Shown here: in pieces, positions 24,830-35,907 of the stretch | Numbering within the stretch: the first letter of the stretch is position 1 | Layout of the letters: every line of letters begins with the position of its first letter | Origin: Macrostomum lignano | Lineage: Eukaryota | Length of the DNA: 64,000 nucleotides | Reading direction: 5' to 3' | Assembly (NCBI GenBank): GCA_002269645.1 | Contig: NIVC01001185.1 | Coordinates: 62,001 to 126,000, forward strand | Notes under the pieces: generated by a model | Databases searched by the model: none | Told to the model about the DNA's origin: nothing | The model's input: the letters and a program-made list of their open reading frames with translations, nothing else | Made by a program: the position numbers and the translations under genes

Positions 24830-25561
24830 ATTAAAATAGTGTGAAACTTTATTTCTTGCGCGTGAGCATCGATCGCTTTGATTCACTTCTGTCCCAATCT
24901 TTCGCAACCTTCTGCTGCGCCTGCTAATGGTACTGAAACAACCTTCTTATGCGTATTTATAAATTATGAATTTCTCGCTAATAGCTTTTAAGTTTCAAAT
25001 AAAATAAGTTACTTTTATACCATAGGCTTTAATTTTAGTAGTATTATGCATGCAAGTTTTTAAAATGACTATTTATTACTTTTTTAGCTTTCAAATCGCT
25101 TAGATGACCTCTGTGTTTCGCTAAAAAGATGGAATAGCAAAGACGTGCAATACGAAGTCTGTTTTGAAAAAAAACGTGCAAGATTTCCGTATTTTCTGTG
25201 TTAACTTTAACGGATTAACGCTTATTAACGATTATCAGTTAATTTTCAGTTAACTTAACGAAATTAGGAGTTTAAAAGTAAAGATTTTTTTGTTTTAACG
25301 CTAACGCTTTTGCTATTAACGGAAGTTAAGTTTTTCATTAACGGTTCCCAACACTGCCTGTAAATAATCCTAATTCTTCGGTGGTTGTACTTCGTAGTTA
25401 ATTGCAAAATGCATGTCATCGTCAGGCGGTTTAGGCCATCGATGATAACCCTCACATATAGTTTTTGTTCTGATAGACTACTTGTACTTGTAGACGCTCC
25501 AAGAAATGGAAATTCATGGCCTAGGTGGCTAGCCCTAGCGAGCGCTAGGGTAGGCCTAGGC

Positions 25562-26462
25562 CAAAGAATACTGAGCTAATACATAGAATGCCAGTGTCGT
25601 TCAAAAAGTGAAGCTGAAATGTCGATTTCTTCGGGCACTTACTTTTTGACCATAAACAAAATTTATTAAGGAAGTCATTTAATATTAAGACGTCTTTTCT
25701 GTTGGAATACAAAAACAAGTAATGTTTAAGTTCAGTCATTTAAGTCTTTAACAGCGCATTTGACTGGCATCCTTCCTGCTGCAACCATAGAACTTTGGCT
25801 ACAACTTGCAAACTGCCACTTTTGTTGAATGCAGTGATGCACAGAATACTGAGCTAATATTAATATTAGGCCTAATATTAATATTAGCTCAGCAGGCCCC
25901 TATTCTTTGGTTGAATGCAGTTTTTGTTTTGTGTTTATATGGCAAAAGTAAACGAAGAGCTTGCGTGCATGGCCGCCGTTCACGTAAGCTCAGAATTGCG
26001 TGCACGGCAGAGCTATATCTTATAGGCTTATACAGTAAGTCATATACTATTCGAATTAATATTCAAGTTAACAAAAAAAAACAATGAATTAAGATTACAT
26101 TTGCAGTCCATGGTGTACGGGGGATAAAACATTAGGCCTATAAAACAATATAGTAAAAATATTTTTTAATTAGGTTTGCCAATGCCAATGCGTGGATTTA
26201 AGGGCCCCAGGCCCGGCCAATTGCCGGCTGCCGTGCACGCAATTACAACACTAGGTGTACGGCTGCATACATGCAAATAAAGCACTAGGTAGATAGCCAC
26301 CGTGCACGCAATTCTGAGCTTACGTGAACAGCTGCCGTGTACGCAAGCTCTTCGAAAAGTAAATGCCTAAGGCTAAGGAATCAAGATTTCAGCTTCACTT
26401 TTTAAATGACACTGGATATGGCATTCTATGTTATATGTATTAGCTTAGCTCAGTATTCTTTG
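25562..26462. mobile_element. Fold-back element with ~90-110 bp inverted arms (superfamily unassigned)
   Basis: CAAAGAATACTGAGCTAATAC... / ...GTATTAGC(TTAGC)TCAGTATTCTTTG. Flanks are AGGC/AGGT (possible 4-bp TSD with one transition). Confidence 0.6.
25953..26354. mobile_element. Mutator-like MITE (9-bp TSD AAAAGTAAA)
   Basis: About 60-bp TIRs CGAAGAGCTTGCGT...ACGCAAGCTCTTCG. AAAAGTAAA at 25944-25952 and 26355-26363. Confidence 0.75.
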
Positions 26463-26550
26463 AGGTAGGCCTATGCCGCCTATATTATTTTTAAAGTTTA
26501 AACAACATTTCATATGTTGGTAGAGTCGCTCGCTTGGCGAGAAGAATAAA

Positions 26551-27659
26551 TAGAAAGCCTAATATCAACATTTGAATATGATTGCAATTTCTAACAACTT
26601 CAACACATTTCGCACGCCATGGTGCATCGTCAGGATTTTATTAGAACGATTTGAGAAATTGAAATTGAAAGCGATTGATTAAATATTGGTTTTGCAACGT
26701 ACACAGGTAAGGAGGGTAATGGGTAAGATTGAAAACAATTAATTACAACTTGGCTTTAACAACATACATAGGTATAGTAGGTAGGAGAAAGAATTATAGA
26801 TTGAGATTGAAAGTTAAACCAAATGTACACAATTCTTGTCCAGTGGTCAAAAGGCAGAATCAGGGGCGGTAGCTTAAGTAATTGAACGTCAAGCTAAGTG
26901 TACACAGCGTGCATGACTATGTCACTCACTGTTCAGAAAACGCGGAGAACGTGGAGAACGCAGAGATCAACAAGTTTATCTTGGACAAAATCACCAAACA
27001 AAAACCTGAGCAATCTGTTACCACTGAAGAATTTGAACCCATTCTGCGTCTTCCCTTCCTTAGACCTCCATCTCTAGCCTTTAAAAACAGAATGCGTAGG
27101 TTATTCTTTGCCTCTTTCAATCATAACATCCGGGTCGTCTTCCACATGAACAAGATTGGAAACTTTGTTAGCAGATTAAAGTCGCGTGTTCCTTGTACTC
27201 TGTGTGCAGGTGTTGTCTACCAATTTAACTGCTCTGTGGACCAGAGTGTCTCCTACGTAGGGAAAACCAAAAGACACCTACATACAAAGATCAGGGAACA
27301 CTGGCTCAAACCATCTGCTATACAAACTCACCTCCTTGAATGCACTAACTGCAATGACTGCAAACCAGAAGAACACTAAAATCATTGACCAAAGCCATAC
27401 TGATGCCAAACTTAGAATTCTCGAGGCCCTGCACATAAAAGCTCAGACCCCAAATCTCAACACCCAATTACAACATAGTGGCACAAGTCACGTTCTCCTT
27501 ACCTGTGTACGTTGCAAAAACTAATATTTAATCAATCGCTTTCAATTTCAATTTCTTAAATCATTCTAATAAAATCCTGACAATGCACCATGGCGTGCGA
27601 AACGCGTTGAAGTTGTTAGAAATTGCAATCATATTCAAATGTTGATATTAGGCTTTCTA
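26551..27659 (+). mobile_element. 5'-truncated Penelope-like retroelement (GIY-YIG endonuclease C-terminus) with inverted pLTR segment
   Basis: ORF pieces 26882-27379 and 27336-27524 carry GVVYQFNCSVDQSVSYVGKTKRHLHTKIREH and KLRILEALHIKAQTPNLN. The ~165-bp inverted repeat 26551-26714 versus 27495-27659 is a typical PLE arrangement. Confidence 0.88.
27566..27619 (+). ncRNA. Minimal type-I hammerhead ribozyme motif in Penelope pLTR (mirror copy at 26591-26644, - strand)
   Basis: CUGAC(A/G)A-UGCAC-CAUGGC-GUGC-GAAA-CGCG-UU, with stem I CUAAUAAAAUC/GAAGUUGUUAG (9 of 11 pairs). Each copy has one CpG-type lesion. Confidence 0.65.
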
Positions 27660-28966
27660 ATATTTCATATCATGTCAATGCCATAAGGGCTAGTTTTAAG
27701 ATAATTAGGCCTAATGGTTTGAGTTGATACTAGGCATATTTTCTATATAAATTATTTTGGCAAGAATAGATTTTGACTTTAACTTTAACTTTTAAGTTTT
27801 AACATAAATTGAATGATATAGTATAGAATAAGATAATTTATTAGCCAGTTGATAGTCACTTTGTCTACTACCAGTTTGTTTATCACTTTTGTCTGCTAAA
27901 ATATAATGCATACAGTATAGTCATTTAGTCCACCACAAATTATTAAATAGGCCTATAATGTCAGTACCAATGTTTAGCAATAGGCCTACATATAATATTA
28001 AAAAGAAATATCTATACCTAGATATATCTTAAAAAAGAAAGATCTTTTTTAAGAAATATCTTAAAAAATACCCAGGCCTATCCTATAATATTGATAAAGA
28101 TAATAAACTCATTTTGTTTAAAAATAAAATGTATCATTAAATGTTATTTATTAAAGGACCCAAACATTGATATGACCTATATATATAAACTTTTTTGTTT
28201 ATAATTGGGATGGTATAGGCCTAGTCTTGTGGCTTAGGCTTATTCAAAAATACTGGTTTATTATATTATTGATTAAATTAGAAGTGTAGTGTCTACTTTG
28301 GCATTTGTGAATGCATCTAACAAATGTGTATCATTGATACTAAAGTTAAGTGAAAATGATAACAGTTAAAGATATAATGTTATAGATGGCACTAGATAGC
28401 TCTAAACTACTGTCAATACTAGCTGCACTAAGCTGAAGCCATATGTTCTTAGTCTATTATAGGTTTACTAGGCCTAGTTTGCAATTGATCTATATATGAA
28501 AGAACCAGTTAATTTGGCGATAGGTTGATTTAGTGACTAGTCAATTTGGTAACAATCAGTTCAATGACATATAAGGGTATTTCAAACAAGGTGGTAATTT
28601 GTCATCTATTGCATTGAGTTCGCATGTTTATTCTAATTCCAAAATAAGACAAAGTGATAAGCCTTACATACCACTATATATGCTTTTGCCAGTGTAAGTC
28701 ACATGTCCCCTCCTGCTAATAGTAAAACAAATGTTGTCTATTGTGTGGTGATGCATATTAATAGCTCAATGGGCCACAGAATGGTAAAGTAGAAATTAAG
28801 TTACATTCAATTAATTTTTTAATGCTTGATTTTAATTGTAACAAATGGACCACTGCATTGTATGCTAGAAGATATATGTATATAGAACCAATTATACTGC
28901 TGCCATTGACTGTGATGTATACCACAAGTGGCAACATATAGAATGTAATTCCAGTAAGTATTTATA

Positions 28967-29366
28967 TAACAGGTGATCCAAAAAATGGACAAACTTTGTA
29001 GTGAAACTGTGCCAAAGCAATACAATGAATCTTTACAGGCTCGCAGCAGGTGAATCTTGACACCTGTAAGTTTTTTTCTGCCAACTTTGGAATGAATATT
29101 CCAAATAGTCTTTGGCTTTAAGTTGAAAGTGTCTTTGGTTGTTTTTACAATTACACATCTACTGTCTATGGCTTCAAGTTGAAAGTGACTGTTGGCTAAA
29201 TTTAGAATGGCTATTTTAGGAAACTGGATAAAGATATCCATTCCAAAGTTGGTAGAAAAAATCTTACAGGTATCAGGATTCACCTGCTGCAAGCCTGTAA
29301 AGATTCACTGTATTGCCTTGGCACAGTTTCACTACAAAGTTTGTCCATTTTTTGGATTACCCGTTA
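28967..29366. mobile_element. Tc1/mariner-like MITE with ~135-bp inverted arms, TA ends
   Basis: TAACAGGTGATCCAAAAAATGGACAAAC... / ...GTTTGTCCATTTTTTGGATTACCCGTTA. Confidence 0.75.
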
Positions 29367-30155
29367 TGTACCACTCAAATACCAAAGTTTGGTGCTGATG
29401 TAGAATAAAATACATGAAATATAGTTAACAAATGGTATATGATGTATAGTGGTACAAGTACGTCAATTCAATTCTGTGTGTAGACATCTCCAAAAAATAG
29501 TATGCTCGTATTAAGTCTGTTGCTTAAGTCAAGTAATGCAATGCAAGTAACAAATATAGTCAGCAAAGAGAAGTAGAAAAAATGCACTCACTCCAAGTCT
29601 AAGACTCCAAGGAGGCATACATCCTATATACTAAAATGCACCTCTGAAAATGTGTTATTCAGCATGATTAAAACAAAATTTTCTTACTTGAATGGCAAGG
29701 ACTATAATAGCAATATTTTAAATTTTAAATAGTATACTATATAGCTTTCTATATCACGCCTATGCAGAAGCTGAAAAATGGGGAAAGAAAATTCCCAAAG
29801 AAACTGATGCTTTTCGCAGCCCCAAGGACCTATGCAGATTTCAAAAACAGTGTCAGACAAATCTAATCGCCTTGTCAAAAATAGTAATATGAATTTTTTA
29901 TATTATATGCAAATTACATGTAATATGATAGGTATTTAAGGCGAAACCCATCGATAATATTAATGTTAATATAAGTTCGTAGTTTTAATATTATTTTTAA
30001 TCATTAAAGGAACGTGCAAATGTATTAGTATTAATATTATAAAATGAGAACCATGCACTTATTATTGCTAATGTCCGTATGGAATAAAGTGCGCATGGAT
30101 GTTAAGTACACAAGCTAAATCCTAGAAATCTTGGCAGGCATAAAAATGCTTGACA

Positions 30156-32216
30156 TCAAATATGGCTGGAATTGTAGCTAACAACTGCGCGCAGCAGGCA
30201 TTCTGCATACTGCACATGCCCCAGAGGCCTGCGAAACCGCTGCCACGTCAAACGAAAGTCGCTGTGTGCAGACTCGACTGCCTGCTCACTGAAGGTCCCA
30301 AGGCCTGAGTTGAATCGCTCGCAGAACTCCGGAACATGGTGGAAAAGGGCGTGCATCTTAGGTGTCGGCACCAGCTTCAGTTCAGCGCAGCAGGATTCCA
30401 GCTGGGCAATCTTCTGGCAAAAGTCGCTCATCAGCTGTTGCCCAAAGCATGCTTGGCGAACAGCATCGAATGCCATAAGAGCAGACGCATAGCCCTGGAG
30501 CCTTGATGGCAGGTTGCTCTTGAGCTCTTGAGCTTTAAGCAGCAATCTGACACACGCAGGGCCTTCCAGACACCCGCCGTGGTACTGCTCGCGACAGATT
30601 CCAGCTGAATGCACCCACTTGTATGCCTTGTCGTCGCCCCAAGCTGAGTTCAGCTGATCGAGCAGTTTGTTGGTCACACCAAGCATGATGTGCAGCTCTG
30701 GTGGTGGCACGAGGTCCAGCATTGGCGTAGAATCAGCCCCAGGGAGAAGAGGCCGTCTGACACAGCTTGCGTAGTTTCTTGCCAGTCGCTGGCAGCTACC
30801 AGCAGCCTCGAATGCCGTGGCCATCCGACGAATGGATCCAAGGGTTCTCATGGAACCGGCAACTTGCCACGGCGCCTGCCCCTCACAGTAGAGACAAGGA
30901 TGAGCTGCAGCATGACTTTGAAGGCCACACTGGATGTTGGCTAGCTTGAAGTCGCAAGCGACTGTGAACTTAATCGATGTCAAGTCTAGCTCATCTAGAA
31001 GTGCTCGCACATTTGCATAGTTCTCCTGGACATCCTCAGCAATCGCGATGATAAACAGTTTTTTTATGCCAAAGTTGCTTATTCGCGACTCCCTGCTCAG
31101 CTTCTTAGGTGTGGACTCTGCCTGTGGTTCGGTAGGCAGTACTGGGGCGACACTAAGGCAGATTTTTAGCAAGCCACCACCTCCGTCCATCCCCAGCTTC
31201 AATCTCACATCGAACTCACTAAATCCTCGCTTTGAGCAAATGAAGCTCAGCAGGCCCTGCAGATCGGGGCATATGACGGAACATCTTGTGGTATCAGTAA
31301 AGCTGCCACCTGAGGACTTTTGAGTGAATTTGAGCTGCCGCATCTCAAAAAAACTCTCTGCGATGCTGCCTGCGGCTGCCAGAGCTGCCCGCAGTCCGGG
31401 TTGCACGGCCTTACGACTGCCCTCCGCCTGCCTGATAATTGTGGCTGCCATGTTTGTCTGCCGGTCACTCAGATTGAGAGATGTCTTTAACGTTACTAGT
31501 GTCTCGGTCCTCAGCGCTCTCTGCTCATTTGAATCACTTGCATGCCTCAGCTGCATTGGTGGGCCACCGGTGGCGCTGGAAATAGAAGCCGTTGATCCAT
31601 GTCCTGATGCTGCTGCTGCTCTTAGCTTTTCACGCATCACGTCATGAGCAATGTGCTCTTTTGATGTAGGGCTGAGCGTGCGCAGGTACTGCAACTTGCT
31701 GGAGACGCTGCACTTGTGCCTTAGGCCTTTGCCCACAAGTGAGTGGCACCTAGTGCAGCGCTTCTCCGAGTCTCTGTCCTGGCTTCGAGTTGTTTCTGCA
31801 GGTCGTCCTTGGGGCAATTTATGGTTGGCCCGGCTGCTGTCAGACATGTATGGGTGCCAGACCGCCACCCGCTTGTTTGATGGGCTGGAAACTACCTGGC
31901 AGATACAGCAGGAGCAGTGCGGATGCTCACGTGTGAGTTGTGGCAAAACCTCCAAATCTGCAACAATTTGAAGGTATGGCAGTCGAGCAGGCAGTTCTTG
32001 CGGTACAGGTGACGTCTGTGACTGCAATTTCTTGCTGCAGCAGCTGCACATGCCTCCTGGCAGAGTATTACGGATGTAGGCATGACAGAATTCTGGCAGG
32101 ATAAATTGCTCGATGAGTTCTGCTTGAGCAGCTGAAATAACGCGATCGGCTTCGCGGAAGCAGAGGATGCAGCACCAGATACGATTCTCTTCATGTGTGC
32201 GTCGAAAGTTTGGCAT
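30156..32216 (-). CDS. Chapaev/Transib/RAG1-core-like DDE transposase, 686 aa
   Basis: N-terminal H-x7-C-x2-C...P-x3-C-x2-C Zn motif. Core motifs: GMDGGG (D), ACDFKL...CLYC (D plus C-x2-C), PPPELHIMLG, PKMHALFHHVPEF (H-x4-H) and FSEQAVES (E). The ORF has no stop or frameshift. Confidence 0.9.
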   Translation of the reverse strand: MPNFRRTHEENRIWCCILCFREADRVISAAQAELIEQFILPEFCHAYIRNTLPGGMCSCCSKKLQSQTSPVPQELPARLPYLQIVADLEVLPQLTREHPHCSCCICQVVSSPSNKRVAVWHPYMSDSSRANHKLPQGRPAETTRSQDRDSEKRCTRCHSLVGKGLRHKCSVSSKLQYLRTLSPTSKEHIAHDVMREKLRAAAASGHGSTASISSATGGPPMQLRHASDSNEQRALRTETLVTLKTSLNLSDRQTNMAATIIRQAEGSRKAVQPGLRAALAAAGSIAESFFEMRQLKFTQKSSGGSFTDTTRCSVICPDLQGLLSFICSKRGFSEFDVRLKLGMDGGGGLLKICLSVAPVLPTEPQAESTPKKLSRESRISNFGIKKLFIIAIAEDVQENYANVRALLDELDLTSIKFTVACDFKLANIQCGLQSHAAAHPCLYCEGQAPWQVAGSMRTLGSIRRMATAFEAAGSCQRLARNYASCVRRPLLPGADSTPMLDLVPPPELHIMLGVTNKLLDQLNSAWGDDKAYKWVHSAGICREQYHGGCLEGPACVRLLLKAQELKSNLPSRLQGYASALMAFDAVRQACFGQQLMSDFCQKIAQLESCCAELKLVPTPKMHALFHHVPEFCERFNSGLGTFSEQAVESAHSDFRLTWQRFRRPLGHVQYAECLLRAVVSYNSSHI

Positions 32217-32684
32217 CGCGAGGCCAGAGAACTGATTTGAGTACTGAGGGTAATTGTTTCAATTGACTGCAACTTTATTTTCAAAGGAAGTCTGCGTGTT
32301 AGCAAACTTGTGATAAGAGGCATGTTCTACTTTATGAATGTACATAGTCTGTTCATTGTTTCTCAATCCCTTAATCACAATAGATCTCAATAAATATGTA
32401 CATTTGAGTTGTCTGCCAAAATTTCTATCTAATAATGTACAGCATTTTATGACGCCCTTAAATTTATGCTCTAAACTTTGCAATTGATGCCTGCTCTTGT
32501 TACGCAATTGTTTTCACTACTTGTAATGGCGCAACTGACGAATCTAATACTGAACATGCAGCTGAGAACACATAATTTCAATTTTCCATTCTATTATTTT
32601 TGGACAAGGCGATTGGATTTGTCTGACACTGTTTTTGGGATCTGCGTGGGTCATTGGGGCTGGGAAAAGCATTAGTTTCTTAGG

Positions 32685-32978
32685 CATACATGCGCAACAG
32701 TCGGCCGAGTCGGCCGATTTGGCCGACCGATTTGGCGGCCAACCAAGGAAGTCGCAAAATGCCCACCCGAAAAATAATAAAGTAGTAGTACTAAGTAGCT
32801 GACGAGGCATTTTGGTCTAATAAGACAGTCATAGTTACTCCTGCCGTTTACTCAAAGTTGCGTTAATTTTGCTCTAGGGTTTTTTACATCTAAGTCGCAT
32901 TTTGGCCAAAAACTACGTCGCATTTTTGTTAAAACTAAGTCGCATGGCCGACTGAATTTCGGAGGTTGCGCATGTATG
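32685..32978. mobile_element. hAT-type MITE family B (294 bp) inserted in the Chapaev TIR
   Basis: TIR CATACATGCGCAAC. 8-bp TSD TTCTTAGG at 32677-84 and 32979-86. The body matches 36972-37140 in opposite orientation. Confidence 0.9.
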
Positions 32979-33710
32979 TTCTTAGGGAATTTTCTTTCCC
33001 CATTTTTCAGCTTCTGCATAGGCATGATATACAACATTAATACTTTAGCATACTTAGGCTTTATATATACTTCAGCATTTGCCAAATTGGCTGTCACCAA
33101 ACTGACTTCTTGTTGTCGCTAATTAGCTTGTCGCCAAATTAACTCGAAGCCATATTTGATGGTCTAGCAGACTAGATAATTCAACACTAATTGTAAACAG
33201 CTTCTTAGTTGCATAATAAGTAGCTATTTTTTAAGCCTATTAGTTTAAATTAAGATAAGAGACATGGTTATTAAAGAGAAGCCACAGAACTATTGAATAA
33301 TATTACTATATTATGAAATATCTACCTTTAGATAATCTTCAACTATAGAGATATCCTATTAGGCAAATACCACAGCCCCTAGTGTTGAGTTTTTGTTGTT
33401 GTGCTATGTTTTCTGATGCTATTATTAGAGGCAGGGGGGGTGTGTGCACCCTGGCGCAATTTAAGCGTCATTGGCACACAATTGGCGAGAGGCATTACTG
33501 CCCATTCCGCCAACTCCCCTGAGCAGGCATACAAGCGCGTGGATACGTTACGCAGGCACACACTCACACAGGAGTGTACAATGGCCCTAACTTTATCAAT
33601 TGTTAGGCATGTACACTTCACTGCGCCTTGGGGGGGAGTTGGCTCTCAAGGCCATTAATTGCACAAGCGAGCCAAGCCAAGATTCCAATCCAGCCCCAAA
33701 TTAATGTGAC

Positions 33711-33779
33711 TGCACTTGGAATTGAGCCTGGGTCGCGGCACACCAGAGCAGCTGCACTACTGCTGGGCTACGGCCCCCC
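33711..33779 (-). mobile_element. Degenerate tRNA-derived SINE head
   Basis: Reverse complement GGGGCCGTAGCCCAGCAGTAG...GGCTCAATTCC gives degenerate A/B boxes. Confidence 0.4.
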
Positions 33780-35907
33780 TTTTCTGATGCTAAAAAACAG
33801 ATGCATTCAATTGGCTCATATGCCAATGGCAATAGTATTGGTCATTATCTAGGCAAGTTCCATAGAAATGTGGATTGGGCTTATTTATTTACTTCCCATC
33901 ATTCTTGATTTGGCCAATCTTGCTAATGCTACTTGCTGCCTTTGTTGAAGTTTGTATATGGTTGCTTAATAGCCTTGGCTAAGTTGGCTTGACAAGCGTA
34001 GCATTGGTATTGACATTGTTACTAGCACTGCTACAACTACAAGAAGCAATTAATTAAATTTTGGCCTTAAGATAGGTAATTTAGGATAGTAAATAATATA
34101 AATGATATAACTGCCCTTGTTGCTTGTCCACTCCATTGGGAGACAAACATGATCAGAGGGGCAATGACCATAGGCTACCTATGACTGGGCAATGACCTGA
34201 CGGACCTCTAGCACCAGACTGTCTCGTCTATATGCTTGATAGCTTTGGTAGCGCTTTGTGACCAGAGGACCAAGGTCCCACATGGACCCCACCTGTAGCC
34301 AAGGTGCAATAGTTGGTCACTCGGTCATATTATGACTGAGTGGCTACCACCACTCTATATGACCTTGGCACACCTGGATCTTACTACTAGACCTCTCAAG
34401 GCTAGAGCCCCGCCTGGATTAGTTACCAAGGGATTTAGGCTAACAGAGGAGACACATGCAGCCAAGTATAGGGACTCTGCTTGGGGCATGATCGGGAACT
34501 CTGGTCTCAATCTGAAGGTGATATGGGGGGATAATTGGCACAGCAGGAGGTTGTGAAAGTGTTGCACAAGCAAACATTGAGAACAATGGGGCTAGGGTCA
34601 AGAACAAAGGAAATAGAAATTGGGGATAATTGGGAAGAATTGAGAACAATAAAAAAGTAAACATTAAAGAAGAGGTGCTAATTAGGTACAAAAAAAAGAA
34701 CAAAAGAAAAAGAAAATCTGGGAAAATTTGAATTGGTTGCAAAAAGGAGTACAAAAGAATTGAAAATGAGAACAATAGAAGTGGAGGTAGAGTGCATGTT
34801 GCATGAGAAATTTAGAAAAGAACAATAGCATGAGAAAAGGTTGCGCAAGAGAGGGAAATGAGTCATCAATGAGTCATCAAGGGGAAGGAGAGGTCACACG
34901 ACTTGCGTCACCATTTGGGAGTTTGAGAAAGGATGGGAGGGACAGTGAGCACACAAAGTACTGTAAGTAGGTACCAAAAAAGGGGGAAAATGTAGGAAAA
35001 AAGTGCAAAAAAGACAATAAGATGGGGAACAAGAAAAGTACATAACAAATAGGGTAGAGTGCATAGGAGGTAGAGTAGCTGGGAAGATATAGAGAAAGAC
35101 AGGGGCTCTGGAAAGGCATATATGGCCGCCTAGGAGATAGAGCCGAGGCCGCAGGGGGTGCAGCAAAGTGGGAGTCAGCAGGATTTGGTCGAGGACCTGG
35201 CCCAGTCTCGATGGCTCCATTCAGGAGGTGCACGGTGATATGAGGAACTTTTGAAAAAGTTCCCTTGCTCTATCTTGCGACCAAAGCGTGGTTACATCAT
35301 AAACTTAATCAAAGATAAATTTTAAAATGTCAATAAGCTTCATTTCAAAAGCATTACCAAAAATATTAACTAAAGCCAAATAAAAAAAATCACTTGTCAA
35401 TCAGCCTCAATCATGCATTGCATGTGGTCAATAGTTTTAGGTATTGTCATTAAAATAGGTCAGCTAGCTTGACCTTTATTTTCCAAGCTGTTTTAGCCAT
35501 GCTTGAACTTGCAAAACCAGCTAGTGACAGTGGAAATGGATGGCGCAAGGTTCAAAAAGGCAGTAGACAACCACTCGTGGCACTGGTAAAATATCAAGCC
35601 ACTCTTAGAATTATGAAAAAATCATGGCACAAAAGTGTTCACAATTGAGCTCCATTGTAGTGCTGAGTTATAGACCTTGTTGAGATAAAATATGATAGTG
35701 AAAGAATGCTAACAATTAACTTTTACATGAAACTTTAAGTATCAATGTATCATGGTAAAACTTTTTATTAAAAAAGGCTTAGAAAATATGGCCTAATTTT
35801 AATAAGCAGTCTGGCTGCAGCTAAAAACTTCTAAAGTGTCCCTAGTACTTTCTAATCCTAGTATTTAAGACTAGCAATCTAGTTCTCCCTTTGATACACC
35901 CAATAAG

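Larger units (their letters stand above)
22401..25356 (+). mobile_element. hAT-type MITE (family A, ~880 bp) copy 1, host of two nested insertions
   Basis: TIR CAGTGTTGGG(C/A)ACC at both ends. 8-bp TSD CCTGTAAA at 22393-22400 and 25357-25364. Removing the two inserts restores the 35908-36788 sequence. Confidence 0.92.
29755..33026 (-). mobile_element. Full-length Chapaev-type DNA transposon (4-bp TSD ATAT, CAC/GTG-type TIRs of ~130 bp)
   Basis: Left end CACGCCTATGCAGAAGCTGAAAAATGG at 29755; right end ...CTTCTGCATAGGCATG at 33026. ATAT at 29751-54 and 33027-30. The right TIR is split by a MITE. Confidence 0.88.

Noticed and set aside
29755-33026. ProtoRAG (RAG1L+RAG2L) transposon with RSS-like ends
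   Set aside because: There is no second ORF or room for RAG2L, the TSD is 4 bp rather than 5, and beyond the initial CAC the TIR shows no convincing heptamer/nonamer.
33860-35260. Possible decayed retroelement (CpG-poor, purine-skewed tail)
   Set aside because: No recognisable RT, RNase H or integrase motif in any frame and no defined ends.
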